Positions 45,001 through 60,000 of a stretch of DNA of 64,000 nt are shown here, one piece after another (within the stretch, counting starts at the first letter, position 1; each line of letters opens with the position of its first letter). The stretch spans positions 442,804,001 to 442,868,000 of the forward strand of contig OZ024740.1 in NCBI GenBank assembly GCA_964016885.1. The letters are read 5' to 3'. Made by a program: the position numbers and the translations under genes. This stretch comes from Eledone cirrhosa (lineage: Eukaryota). The notes under the pieces are model-generated. The model worked only from the letters and a program-made list of their open reading frames with translations, did not search any database and had not been told where the DNA came from.

Positions 45001-48000
45001 ACCCAAGGCAAGTAAACTCCGTTATATACCGAGTGTCTTCCTGACACCCAGGGCTAGTAAACCCCGTTATATACCGAGTGTCTTCCTGAAACCCAGGGCA
45101 AGTAAACTCCGTTATATACCGAGTGTCTTCCTGACAGCGAGGGCAAGTAAACCCAGTTATATACCGAGTGTCTTCCTGACACCCAAGGCAAGTAAACTCT
45201 GTTATATACCGAGTGTCTTCCTGACACCCAGGGCAAGTAAACTCCGTTATATACCGAGTATCTTCCTGACACCAGGGCAAGTAAAGCCCGTTATATACCG
45301 AGTGTCTTCCTGACACCCAGGGCAAGTAAACCCCGTTATATACCGAGTGTCTTCCTGACAGCGAGGGCAAGTAAACCCCGTTATATACCGAGTGTCTTCC
45401 TGACACCCAGGGCAAGTAAACCCCGTTATATACCGAGTGTCTTCCTGACACCCAGGGCAAGAAAACCCCGTTATATACCGAGTGTCTTCCTGACACCCAG
45501 GGCAAGTAATCTCCTATATATCAAGTGTCTTTCTGACACCCAGGGCAAGAAAACCCCGTTATATACCGAGTGTCTTCCTGACACCCAGGGCAAGTAAACC
45601 CCGTTATATACCGAGTGTCTTCCTGACACCCAGGGCAAGTAAACCCCGTCATATACCGAGTGTCTTCCTGACACCCAGGGCAAGTAAACCCCGTTATATA
45701 CCGAGTGTCTTCCTGACACCCAGGGCAAGTAATCTCCTTTATATATCAAGTGTCTTTCTGACACCCAGGGCAAGTAAAGCCCATTATATACCGAGTGTCT
45801 TCCTGACACCCAGGGCAAGTAAACCCCGTTATATACAGAGTGTCTTCCTGACACCCAGGGCAAGTAAACTCCGTTATATACCGAGTGTCTTCCTGACACC
45901 CAAGGCAAGTAAACTCCGTTATATACCGAGTGTCTTCCTGACACCCAGGGCAAGTAAACCCCGTTATATACCGAGTGTCTTCCTGACACCCAGGGCAAGT
46001 AAGCCCCGTTATATACTGAGTGTCTTCCTGACACCCAGGGCAAGTAATCTCCTTTATATATCAAGTGTCTTTCTGACACCCAGGGCAAGTAAACCCCGTT
46101 ATATACCGAGTGTCTTCCTGACACCCAGGGCAAGTAAACCCCGTTATATACCGAGTGTCTTCCTGACACCCAGGGCAAGTAAACACCGTTATATACCGAC
46201 TGTCTTCCTGACACCCAAGGCAAGTAAACTCCGTTATATACCGATTGTCTTCCTGACACCCAGGGCAAGTAAACCCCGTTATATACCGAGTGTCTTCCTG
46301 ACACCCAGGGCAAGTAAACTCCGTTATATACCGAGTGTCTTCCTGACACCCAGGGCAAGTAAACCCCGTTATATACCGAGTGTCTTCCTGACACCCAAGG
46401 CAAGTAAACTCTGTTATATACCGAGTGTCTTCCTGACACCCAGGGCAAGTAAACTCCGTTATATACCGAGTGTCTTCCTGACACCCAGGGCAAGTAAAGC
46501 CCGTTATATACCGAGTGTCTTCCTGACACCCAGGGCAAGTAAACCCTGTTATATACCGAGTGTCTTCCTGACAGCGAGGGCAAGTAAACCCCGTTATATA
46601 CCGAGTGTCTTCCTGACATCCAAGGCAAGTAAACTCTGTTATATACCGAGTGTCTTCCTGACACTCAGGGCAAGTAAACCCCGTTATATACCGAGTGTCT
46701 TCCTGACACCCAGGGCAAGTAAACCCCGTTATATACCGAGTGTCTTCCTGACACCCAGGGCAAGTAAACTCCTTTATATATCAAGTGTCTTTCTGACACC
46801 CAGGGCATGAAAACCCCGTTATATACCGAGTGTCTTCCTGACACCCAGGGCAAGTAAACCACGTTATATACCGAGTGTCTTCCTGACACCCAGGGCAAGT
46901 AAACCCCGTTATATACCGAGTGTCTTCCTGACACCCAGGGCAAGTAAACCCCGTTATATACCGAGTGTCTTCCTGACACCCAGGGCAAGTAATCTCCTTT
47001 ATATATAAAGTGTCTTTCTGACACCTAGGGCAAGCAAACCCCATTATATACCGAGTGTCTTCCTGACACCCAGGGCAAGTAAACCCCGTTATATACCGAG
47101 TGTCTTCCTGACACCCAGGGCAAGTAAACTCCGTTATATACCGAGTGTCTTCCTGACACCCAAGGCAAGTAAACTCCGTTATATACCGAGTGTCTTCCTG
47201 ACAGCCAGGGCAAGTAAACCCCGTTATATACCGAGTGTCTTCCTGACACCCAGGGCAGGTAAGCCCCGTTATATACCGAGTGTCTTCCTGACACCCAGGG
47301 CAAGTAAACCCCGTTATATACCAAGTGTCTTCCTGAAACCCAGGGCAAGTAAACCCCGTTATATACCGAGTGTCTTCCTGACACCCAGGGCAAGTAAACC
47401 CCGTTATATACCTAGTGTCTTCCTGACACCCAGAGCCATTAAACCCCGTTATATACCGAGTGTCTTCTTGACACCCAGGGCAAGTAAACCCCGTTATATA
47501 CCGAGTGTCTTCTTGACACCCAGGGCAAGTAAACCCCGTTATATACCGAGTGTCTTCTTGAAACCCAGGGCAAGTAAACCCCGTTATATATACCGAGTGT
47601 CTTCCTGACACCCAGGGCAAGTAAACCCCGTTATATACCGAGTGTCTTCCTGAAACCCAGGGCAAGTAAACCCCGTTATATACCGAGTGTCTTCCTGACA
47701 CCCAGGGCAAGTAAACTCCGTTATATACCGAGTGTCTTCCTGACACCCAGGGCAAGTAAACCCCATTATATACAGAGTGTCTTCCTGACACCCAGGGCAA
47801 GTAAACTCCGTTATATACCGAGTGACTTCCTGACACCCAGGGCAAGTAAACCCCGTTATATACCGAGTGTCTTCCTGACACCCAGGGCAAGTAAACTCCG
47901 TTATATACCGAGTGTCTTCCTGACACCCAGGGCAAGTAAACCCCGTTATATACCAAGTGTCTTCTTGACACCCAGGGCAAGTAAACCCCGTTATATACCG

Positions 48001-51000
48001 AGTGTCTTCCTGAAACCCAGGGCAAGTAAACTCCTTTATATATCAAGTGTCTTCCTGACACCCAGGGCAAGTAAACCCCGTTATATACCGAGTGTCTTCC
48101 CGACACCCAGGGCAAGTAAACCCCGTTATATACCGAGTGTCTTCCTGACACCCAGGGCAAGTAAACCCCGTTATATACCGAGTGTCTTCCTGACACCCAG
48201 GGCAAGTAAACCGCGTTATATACCGAGTGTCTTCCTGACACCCAGGGCAAGTAAACCTCGTTATATACCGAGTGTCTTCCTGACACCCAGGGCAAGTAAA
48301 CCCCGTTATATACCGAGTGTCTTCCTGACACCCAGGGCAAGTAAACCCCGTTATATACCGAGTGTCTTCCTGACACCCAGGGCAAGTAAACTCCGTTATA
48401 TACCGAGTGTTTTCCTGACACCCAGGGCAAGTAAACCCCGTTATATACCGAGTGTCTTCCTGACACCCAGGGCAAGTAATCCCCGTTATATACCAAGTGT
48501 ATTCCTGATACCCAGGGCAAGTAAACCCCGTTATATACCGAGTGTCTTCCTGGCACTCAGGGCAAGTAAACCCCGTTATATACCGAGTGTCTTCCTGACA
48601 CCCAGGGCAAGTAATCTCCTTTATATATCAAGTGTCTTTCTGACACCCAGGGCAAGTAAACCCCGTTATATACCGAGTGTCTTCCTGACACCCAGGGCAA
48701 GTAAACTCCGTTATATACCGAGTGTCTTCCTGACACCCAGGGCAAATAAACCCCGTTATATACCGAGTGTCTTCCTGAAACCCAGGGCAAGTAAACCCCG
48801 TTATATATCGAGTGTGTTCCTGACACCCAGGGCAAGTAATCCCCGTTTTATACCGAGTGTCTTCCTGACACTCAGGGCAAGTAAACTCCGTTATATATCA
48901 AGTGTCTTCCTGACACCCAGGGCAAGTAAACCCCGTTATATACCGAGTGTGTTCCTGATACCCAGGGCAAGTAAACCCCGTTATATACCGAGTGTGTTCC
49001 TGACACCCAGGGCAAGTAAACCCCGATATATACCGAGTGTGTTCCTGACACCCAGGGCAAGTAAACCCCGTTATATACCGAGTGTGTTCCTGACACCCAG
49101 GGCAAGTAAACCCCGTTATATACCGAGTGTCTTCTTGACACCCACGGCAAGTAAACCCCGTTATATACCGAGTGTCTTCCTGACACCCAGGGCAAGTAAA
49201 CCCCGTTATATACCGAGTGTCTTCCTGACACCCAGGGCAAGTAAAGCTCGTTATATACCGAGTGTCTTCCTGAAACCCAGGGCAAGTAAACCCCGTTATA
49301 TACCGAGTGTCTTCCTGACACCCAGGGCAAGTAAACCCCGTTATATACCGAGTGTCTTCCTGACACCCAGGGCAAGTAAACTCCGTTATATACCGAGTGT
49401 CTTCCTGACACCCAGGGCAAGTAAACCCCGTTATATACCGAGTGTCTTTCTGACACCCAGGGCAAGTAATCCCCGTTATATACCAAGTGTATTCCTGATA
49501 CCCAGGGCAAGTAAACCCCGTTATATACCGAGTGTCTTCCTGGCACTCAGGGCAAGTAAACCCCGTTATATACCGAGTGTCTTCCTGACACCCAGGGCAA
49601 GTAATCTCCTTTATATATCAAGTGTCTTTCTGACACCCAGGGCAAGAAAACCCCGTTATATACCGAGTGTCTTCCTGACACCCAGGGCAAGTAAACCCCG
49701 TTATATACCGAGTGTCTTCCTGACACCCAGGGCAAGTAAACTCCGTTATATACCGAGTGTCTTCCTGACACCCAGGGCAAATAAACCCCGTTATATACCG
49801 AGTGTCTTCCTGACACCCAGGGCAAGTAAACTCCGTTATATACCGAGTGTCTTCCTGACACCCAGGGCAAGTAAACTCCTTTATATATCAAGTGTCTTCC
49901 TGACACCCAGGGCAAGTAAGCCCCGTTATATACTGAGTGTCTTCCTGACACCCAGGGCAAGTAATCTCCTTTATATATAAAGTGTCTTTCTGACACCCAG
50001 GGCAAGTAAACCCCGTTATATACCGAGTGTCTTCCTGACACCCAGGGCAAGTAAACCCCGTTATATACCGAGTGTCTTCCTGGCACCCAGGGCAAGTAAA
50101 CCCCGTTATATACCGAGTGTCTTCCTGACACCCAAGGCAAGTAAACTCCGTTATATACCGAGTGTCTTCCTGACACCCAGGGCAAGTAAACCCCGTTATA
50201 TACCGAGTGTCTTCCTGACACCCAGGGCAAGTAAACTCCGTTATATACCGAGTGTCTTCCTGACAGCGAGGGCAAGTAAACCCCGTTATATACCGAGTGT
50301 CTTCCTGACACCCAAGGCAAGTAAACTCTGTTATATACCGAGTGTCTTCCTGACACCCAGGGCAAGTAAACTCCGTTATATACCGAGTGTCTTCCTGACA
50401 CCCAGGGCAAGTAAAGCCCGTTATATACCGAGTGTCTTCCTGACACCCAGGGCAAGTAAACCCTGTTATATACCGAGTGTCTTCCTGACAGCGAGGGCAA
50501 GTAAACCCCGTTATATACCGAGTGTCTTCCTGACATCCAAGGCAAGTAAACTCTGTTATATACCGAGTGTCTTCCTGACACCCAGGGCAAGTAAACTCCG
50601 TTATATACCGAGTGTCTTCCTGACACCCAGGGCAAGTAAACCCCGTTATATACCGAGTGTCTTCCTGGCACCCAGGGCAAGTAAACCCCGTTATATACCG
50701 AGTGTCTTCCTGACACCCAGGGCAAGTAAACTCCTTTATATATCAAGTGTCTTTCTGACACCTAGGGCATGAAAACCCCGTTATATACCGAGTGTCTTCC
50801 TGACACCCAGGGCAAGTAAACCCCGTTATATACCGAGTGTCTTCCTGACACCCAGGGCAAGTAAACCCCGTTATATACCGAGTGTCTTCCTGACACCCAG
50901 GGCAAGTAAACCCCGTTATATACCGAGTGTCTTCCTGACACCCAGGGCAAGTAATCTCCTTTATATATAAAGTGTCTTTCTGACACCTAGGGCAAGCAAA

Positions 51001-54000
51001 CCCCATTATATACCGAGTGTCTTCCTGACACCCAGGGCAAGTAAACCCCGTTATATACCGAGTGTCTTCCTGACACCCAGGGCAAGTAAACTCCGTTATA
51101 TACCGAGTGTCTTCCTGACACCCAAGGCAAGTAAACTCCGTTATATACCGAGTGTCTTCCTGACAGCCAGGGCAAGTAAACCCCGTTATATACCGAGTGT
51201 CTTCCTGACACCCAGGGCAGGTATCCCCGTTATATACCGAGTGTCTTCCTGACACCCAGGGCAAGTAAACCCCGTTATATACCAAGTGTCTTCCTGACAC
51301 CCAGGGCAAGTAAACCCCGTTATATACCGAGTGTCTTTCTGACACCCAGGGCAAGTAAACCCCGTTATATACCGAGTGTCTTCCTGACACCCAGAGCCAG
51401 TAAACCCCGTTATATACCGAGTGTCTTCTTGACACCCAGGGCAAGTAAACCCCGTTATATACCGAGTGTCTTCTTGACACCCAGGGCAAGTAAACCCCGT
51501 TATATACCGAGTGTCTTCTTGAAACCCAGGGCAAGTAAACCCCGTTATATATACCGAGTGTCTTCCTGACACCCAGGGCAAGTAAACCCCGTTATATACA
51601 GAGTGTCTTCCCGACACCCAGGGCAAGTAAACTCCGTTATATACCGAGTGACTTCCTGACACCCAGGGCAACTAAACCCCGTTATATACCGAGTGTCTTC
51701 CTGACACCCAGGGCAAGTAAACTCCGTTATATACCGAGTGTCTTCCTGACACCCAGGGCAAGTAAACCCCGTTATATACCAAGTGTCTTCTTGACACCCA
51801 GGGCAAGTAAACCCCGTTATATACCGAGTGTCTTCCTGAAACCCAGGGCAAGTAAACTCCTTTATATATCAAGTGTCTTCCTGACACCCAGGGCAAGTAA
51901 ACCCCGTTATATACCGAGTGTCTTCCCGACACCCAGGGCAAGTAAACCCCGTTATATACCGAGTGTCTTCCTGACACCCAGGGCAAGTAAACCCCGTTAT
52001 ATACCGAGTGTCTTCCTGACACCCAGGGCAAGTAAACCCCGTTATATACCGAGTGTCTTCCTGACACCCAAGGCAAGTAAACTCCGTTATATACCGAGTG
52101 TCTTCCTGACACCCAGGGCAAGTAAACCCCGTTATATACCGAGTGTCTTCCTGACACCCAGGGCAAGTAAACTCCGTTATATACCGAGTGTCTTCCTGAC
52201 AGCGAGGGCAAGTAAACCCCGTTATATACCGAGTGTCTTCCTGACACCCAAGGCAAGTAAACTCTGTTATATACCGAGTGTCTTCCTGACACCCAGGGCA
52301 AGTAAACTCCGTTATATACCGAGTGTCTTCCTGACACCCAGGGCAAGTAAAGCCCGTTATATACCGAGTGTCTTCCTGACACCCAGGGCAAGTAAACCCT
52401 GTTATATACCGAGTGTCTTCCTGACAGCGAGGGCAAGTAAACCCCGTTATATACCGAGTGTCTTCCTGACATCCAAGGCAAGTAAACTCTGTTATATACC
52501 GAGTGTCTTCCTGACACCCAGGGCAAGTAAACTCCGTTATATACCGAGTGTCTTCCTGACACCCAGGGCAAGTAAACCCCGTTATATACCGAGTGTCTTC
52601 CTGGCACCCAGGGCAAGTAAACCCCGTTATATACCGAGTGTCTTCCTGACACCCAGGGCAAGTAAACTCCTTTATATATCAAGTGTCTTTCTGACACCCA
52701 GGGCATGAAAACCCCGTTATATACCGAGTGTCTTCCTGACACCCAGGGCAAGTAAACCCCGTTATATACCGAGTGTCTTCCTGACACCCAGGGCAAGTAA
52801 ACCCCGTTATATACCGAGTGTCTTCCTGACACCCAGGGCAAGTAAACCCCGTTATATACCGAGTGTCTTCCTGACACCCAGGGCAAGTAATCTCCTTTAT
52901 ATATAAAGTGTCTTTCTGACACCTAGGGCAAGCAAACCCCATTATATACCGAGTGTCTTCCTGACACCCAGGGCAAGTAAACCCCGTTATATACCGAGTG
53001 TCTTCCTGACACCCAGGGCAAGTAAACTCCGTTATATACCGAGTGTCTTCCTGACACCCAAGGCAAGTAAACTCCGTTATATACCGAGTGTCTTCCTGAC
53101 AGCCAGGGCAAGTAAACCCCGTTATATACCGAGTGTCTTCCTGACACCCAGGGCAGGTATCCCCGTTATATACCGAGTGTCTTCCTGACACCCAGGGCAA
53201 GTAAACCCCGTTATATACCAAGTGTCTTCCTGACACCCAGGGCAAGTAAACCCCGTTATATACCGAGTGTCTTCCTGACACCCAGGGCAAGTAAACCCCG
53301 TTATATACCGAGTGTCTTCCTGACACCCAGAGCCAGTAAACCCCGTTATATACCGAGTGTCTTCTTGACACCCAGGGCAAGTAAACCCCGTTATATACCG
53401 AGTGTCTTCTTGACACCCAGGGCAAGTAAACCCCGTTATATACCGAGTGTCTTCTTGAAACCCAGGGCAAGTAAACCCCGTTATATATACCGAGTGTCTT
53501 CCTGACACCCAGGGCAAGTAAACCCCGTTATATACAGAGTGTCTTCCCGACACCCAGGGCAAGTAAACTCCGTTATATACCGAGTGACTTCCTGACACCC
53601 AGGGCAAGTAAACCCCGTTATATACCGAGTGTCTTCCTGACACCCAGGGCAAGTAAACTCCGTTATATACCGAGTGTCTTCCTGACACCCAGGGCAAGTA
53701 AACCCCGTTATATACCAAGTGTCTTCTTGACACCCAGGGCAAGTAAACCCCGTTATATACCGAGTGTCTTCCTGAAACCCAGGGCAAGTAAACTCCTTTA
53801 TATATCAAGTGTCTTCCTGACACCCAGGGCAAGTAAACCCCGTTATATACCGAGTGTCTTCCCGACACCCAGGGCAAGTAAACCCCGTTATATACCGAGT
53901 GTCTTCCTGACACCCAGGGCAAGTAAACCCCGTTATATACCGAGTGTCTTCCTGACACCCAGGGCAAGTAAACCCCGTTATATACCGAGTGTCTTCCTGA

Positions 54001-57000
54001 CACCCAGGGCAAGTAAACCTCGTTATATACCGAGTGTCTTCCTGACACCCAGGGCAAGTAAACCCCGTTATATACCGAGGGTCTTCCTGACACCCAGGGC
54101 AAGTAAACCCCGTTATATACCGAGTGTCTTCCTGACACCCAGGGCAAGTAAACTCCGTTATATACCGAGTGTCTTCCTGACAGCGAGGGCAAGTAAACCC
54201 CGTTATATACCGAGTGTCTTCCTGACACCCAGGGCAAGTAATCCCCGTTATATACCAAGTGTATTCCTGATACCCAGGGCAAGTAAACCCCGTTATATAC
54301 CGAGTGTCTTCCTGGCACTCAGGGCAAGTAAACCCCGTTATATACCGAGTGTCTTCCTGACACCCAGGGCAAGTAATCTCCTTTATATATCAAGTGTCTT
54401 TCTGACACCCAGGGCAAGAAAACCCCGTTATATACCGAGTGTCTTCCTGACACCCAGGGCAAGTAAACCCCGTTATATACCGAGTGTCTTCCTGACACCC
54501 AGGGCAAGTAAACTCCGTTATATACCGAGTGTCTTCCTGACACCCAGGGCAAATAAACCCCGTTATATACCGAGTGTCTTCCTGAAACCCAGGGCAAGTA
54601 AACCCCGTTATATATCGAGTGTGTTCCTGACACCCAGGGCAAGTAATCCCCGTTATATACCGAGTGTCTTCCTGACACTCAGGGCAAGTAAACTCCGTTA
54701 TATATCAAGTGTCTTCCTGACACCCAGGGCAAGTAAACCCCGTTATATACCGAGTGTGTTCCTGACACCCAGGGCAAGTAAACCCCGTTATATACCGAGT
54801 GTCTTCTTGACACCCAGGGCAAGTAAACCCCGTTATATACCGAGTGTCTTCCTGACACCCAGGGCAAGTAAACCCCGTTATATACCGAGTGTCTTCCTGA
54901 CACCCAGGGCAAGTAAAGCTCGTTATATACCGAGTGTCTTCCTGAAACCCAGGGCAAGTAAACCCCGTTATATACCGAGTGTCTTCCTGACACCCAGGGC
55001 AAGTAAACTCCGTTATATACCGAGTGTCTTCCTGACACCCAGGGCAAGTAAACCCCGTTATATAGCGAGTGTCTTCCTGACACCCAGGGCAAGTAATCCC
55101 CGTTATATACCAAGTGTATTCCTGATACCCAGGGCAAGTAAACCCCGTTATATACCGAGTGTCTTCCTGGCACTCAGGGCAAGTAAACCCCGTTATATAC
55201 CGAGTGTCTTCCTGACACCCAGGGCAAGTAATCTCCTTTATATATCAAGTGTCTTTCTGACACCCAGGGCAAGAAAACCCCGTTATATACCGAGTGTCTT
55301 CCTGACACCCAGGGCAAGTAAACCCCGTTATATACCGAGTGTCTTCCTGACACCCAGGGCAAGTAAACTCCGTTATATACCGAGTCTCTTCCTGACACCC
55401 AGGGCAAGTAAACTCCGTTATATACCGAGTGTCTTCCTGACACGCAGGGCAAGTAAACTCCTTTATATATCAAGTGTCTTCCTGACACCCAGGGCAAGTA
55501 AACCCCGTTATATACCGAGTGTCTTCCTGACACCCAAGGCAAGTAAACCCCGTTATATACCGAGTGTCTTCCTGACACCCAGGGCAAGTAAACCCCGTTA
55601 TATACCGAGTGTCTTCCTGACACCCAAGGCAAGTAAACTCCGTTATATACCGAGTGTCTTCCCGACACCCAGGGCAAGTAAACCCCGTTATATACCGAGT
55701 GTCTTCCTGACACCCAGGGCAAGTAAACCCCGTTATATACCGAGTGTCTTCCTGACACCCAGGGCAAGTAAACCCCGTTATATACCGAGTGTCTTCCTGA
55801 CACCCAAGGCAAGTAAACTCCGTTATATACCGAGTGTCTTCCTGACACCCAGGGCAAGTAAACCCCGTTATATACCGAGTGTCTTCCTGACACCCAGGGC
55901 AAGTAAACTCCGTTATATACCGAGTGTCTTCCTGACAGCGAGGGCAAGTAAACCCCGTTATATACCGAGTGTCTTCCTGACACCCAAGGCAAGTAAACTC
56001 TGTTATATACCGAGTGTCTTCCTGACACCCAGGGCAAGTAAACTCCGTTATATACCGAGTGTCTTCCTGACACCCAGGGCAAGTAAAGCCCGTTATATAC
56101 CGAGTGTCTTCCTGACACCCAGGGCAAGTAAACCCTGTTATATACCGAGTGTCTTCCTGACAGCGAGGGCAAGTAAACCCCGTTATATACCGAGTGTCTT
56201 CCTGACATCCAAGGCAAGTAAACTCTGTTATATACCGAGTGTCTTCCTGACACCCAGGGCAAGTAAACTCCGTTATATACCGAGTGTCTTCCTGACACCC
56301 AGGGCAAGTAAACCCCGTTATATACCGAGTGTCTTCCTGGCACCCAGGGCAAGTAAACCCCGTTATATACCGAGTGTCTTCCTGACACCCAGGGCAAGTA
56401 AACTCCTTTATATATCAAGTGTCTTTCTGACACCCAGGGCATGAAAACCCCGTTATATACCGAGTGTCTTCCTGACACCCAGGGCAAGTAAACCCCGTTA
56501 TATACCGAGTGTCTTCCTGACACCCAGGGCAAGTAAACCCCGTTATATACCGAGTGTCTTCCTGACACCCAGGGCAAGTAAACCCCGTTATATACCGAGT
56601 GTCTTCCTGACACCCAGGGCAAGTAATCTCCTTTATATATAAAGTGTCTTTCTGACACCTAGGGCAAGCAAACCCCATTATATACCGAGTGTCTTCCTGA
56701 CACCCAGGGCAAGTAAACCCCGTTATATACCGAGTGTCTTCCTGACACCCAGGGCAAGTAAACTCCGTTATATACCGAGTGTCTTCCTGACACCCAAGGC
56801 AAGTAAACTCCGTTATATACCGAGTGTCTTCCTGACAGCCAGGGCAAGTAAACCCCGTTATATACCGAGTGTCTTCCTGACACCCAGGGCAGGTATCCCC
56901 GTTATATACCGAGTGTCTTCCTGACACCCAGGGCAAGTAAACCCCGTTATATACCAAGTGTCTTCCTGACACCCAGGGCAAGTAAACCCCGTTATATACC

Positions 57001-60000
57001 GAGTGTCTTCCTGACACCCAGGGCAAGTAAACCCCGTTATATACCGAGTGTCTTCCTGACACCCAGAGCCAGTAAACCCCGTTATATACCGAGTGTCTTC
57101 TTGACACCCAGGGCAAGTAAACCCCGTTATATACCGAGTGTCTTCTTGACACCCAGGGCAAGTAAACCCCGTTATATACCGAGTGTCTTCTTGAAACCCA
57201 GGGCAAGTAAACCCCGTTATATATACCGAGTGTCTTCCTGACACCCAGGGCAAGTAAACCCCGTTATATACAGAGTGTCTTCCCGACACCCAGGGCAAGT
57301 AAACTCCGTTATATACCGAGTGACTTCCTGACACCCAGGGCAAGTAAACCCCGTTATATACCGAGTGTCTTCCTGACACCCAGGGCAAGTAAACTCCGTT
57401 ATATACCGAGTGTCTTCCTGACACCCAGGGCAAGTAAACCCCGTTATATACCAAGTGTCTTCTTGACACCCAGGGCAAGTAAACCCCGTTATATACCGAG
57501 TGTCTTCCTGAAACCCAGGGCAAGTAAACTCCTTTATATATCAAGTGTCTTCCTGACACCCAGGGCAAGTAAACCCCGTTATATACCGAGTGTCTTCCCG
57601 ACACCCAGGGCAAGTAAACCCCGTTATATACCGAGTGTCTTCCTGACACCCAGGGCAAGTAAACCCCGTTATATACCGAGTGTCTTCCTGACACCCAGGG
57701 CAAGTAAACCCCGTTATATACCGAGTGTCTTCCTGACACCCAGGGCAAGTAAACCTCGTTATATACCGAGTGTCTTCCTGACACCCAGGGCAAGTAAACC
57801 CCGTTATATACCGAGGGTCTTCCTGACACCCAGGGCAAGTAAACCCCGTTATATACCGAGTGTCTTCCTGACACCCAGGGCAAGTAAACTCCGTTATATA
57901 CCGAGTGTCTTCCTGACAGCGAGGGCAAGTAAACCCCGTTATATACCGAGTGTCTTCCTGACACCCAGGGCAAGTAATCCCCGTTATATACCAAGTGTAT
58001 TCCTGATACCCAGGGCAAGTAAACCCCGTTATATACCGAGTGTCTTCCTGGCACTCAGGGCAAGTAAACCCCGTTATATACCGAGTGTCTTCCTGACACC
58101 CAGGGCAAGTAATCTCCTTTATATATCAAGTGTCTTTCTGACACCCAGGGCAAGAAAACCCCGTTATATACCGAGTGTCTTCCTGACACCCAGGGCAAGT
58201 AAACCCCGTTATATACCGAGTGTCTTCCTGACACCCAGGGCAAGTAAACTCCGTTATATACCGAGTGTCTTCCTGACACCCAGGGCAAATAAACCCCGTT
58301 ATATACCGAGTGTCTTCCTGAAACCCAGGGCAAGTAAACCCCGTTATATATCGAGTGTGTTCCTGACACCCAGGGCAAGTAATCCCCGTTATATACCGAG
58401 TGTCTTCCTGACACTCAGGGCAAGTAAACTCCGTTATATATCAAGTGTCTTCCTGACACCCAGGGCAAGTAAACCCCGTTATATACCGAGTGTGTTCCTG
58501 ACACCCAGGGCAAGTAAACCCCGTTATATACCGAGTGTCTTCTTGACACCCAGGGCAAGTAAACCCCGTTATATACCGAGTGTCTTCCTGACACCCAGGG
58601 CAAGTAAACCCCGTTATATACCGAGTGTCTTCCTGACACCCAGGGCAAGTAAAGCTCGTTATATACCGAGTGTCTTCCTGAAACCCAGGGCAAGTAAACC
58701 CCGTTATATACCGAGTGTCTTCCTGACACCCAGGGCAAGTAAACTCCGTTATATACCGAGTGTCTTCCTGACACCCAGGGCAAGTAAACCCCGTTATATA
58801 GCGAGTGTCTTCCTGACACCCAGGGCAAGTAATCCCCGTTATATACCAAGTGTATTCCTGATACCCAGGGCAAGTAAACCCCGTTATATACCGAGTGTCT
58901 TCCTGGCACTCAGGGCAAGTAAACCCCGTTATATACCGAGTGTCTTCCTGACACCCAGGGCAAGTAATCTCCTTTATATATCAAGTGTCTTTCTGACACC
59001 CAGGGCAAGAAAACCCCGTTATATACCGAGTGTCTTCCTGACACCCAGGGCAAGTAAACCCCGTTATATACCGAGTGTCTTCCTGACACCCAGGGCAAGT
59101 AAACTCCGTTATATACCGAGTGTCTTCCTGACACCCAGGGCAAGTAAACTCCGTTATATACCGAGTGTCTTCCTGACACGCAGGGCAAGTAAACTCCTTT
59201 ATATATCAAGTGTCTTCCTGACACCCAGGGCAAGTAAACCCCGTTATATACCGAGTGTCTTCCTGACACCCAAGGCATGTAACGCCGTTATATACCGAGT
59301 GTCTTCCTGACACCCAGGGCAAGTAAACTCCGTTATATACCGAGTGTCTTCCTGACACCCAGGGCAAGTAAACTCCGTTATATACCGAGTGTCTTCCTGA
59401 CACCCAGGGCAAGTAAACCCCGTTATATACCGAGTGTCTTCCTGACACCCAGGGCAAGTAAACTCCGTTATATACCGAGTGTCTTCCTGACACCCAGGGC
59501 AAGTAAACTCCGTTATATACCGAGTGTCTTCCTGACACCCAGGGCAAATAAACTCCTTTATATATCAAGTGTCTTCCTGACACCCAGGGCAAGTAAACCC
59601 CGTTATATACCGAGTGTCTTCCTGACACCCAAGGCATGTAACGCCGTTATATACCGAGTGTCTTCCTGACACCCAGGGCAAGTAAACTCCGTTATATACC
59701 GAGTGTCTTCCTGACACCCAGGGCAAGTAAACCCCGTTATATACCGAGTGTCTTCCTGACACCCAGGGCAAGTAAACCCATTTATATACCGAGTGTCTTC
59801 CTGACACCCAGGGCAAGTAAACTCCTTTATATATCAAGTGTCTTCCTGACACCCAGGGCAAGTAAACCCCGTTATATACCGAGTGTCTTCTTGACACCCA
59901 GGGCAAGTAAACCCCGTTATATACCGAGTGTCTTCTTGACACCCAGGGCAAGTAAACCCCGTTATATACCGAGTGTCTTCCTGACACCCAGGGCAAATAA

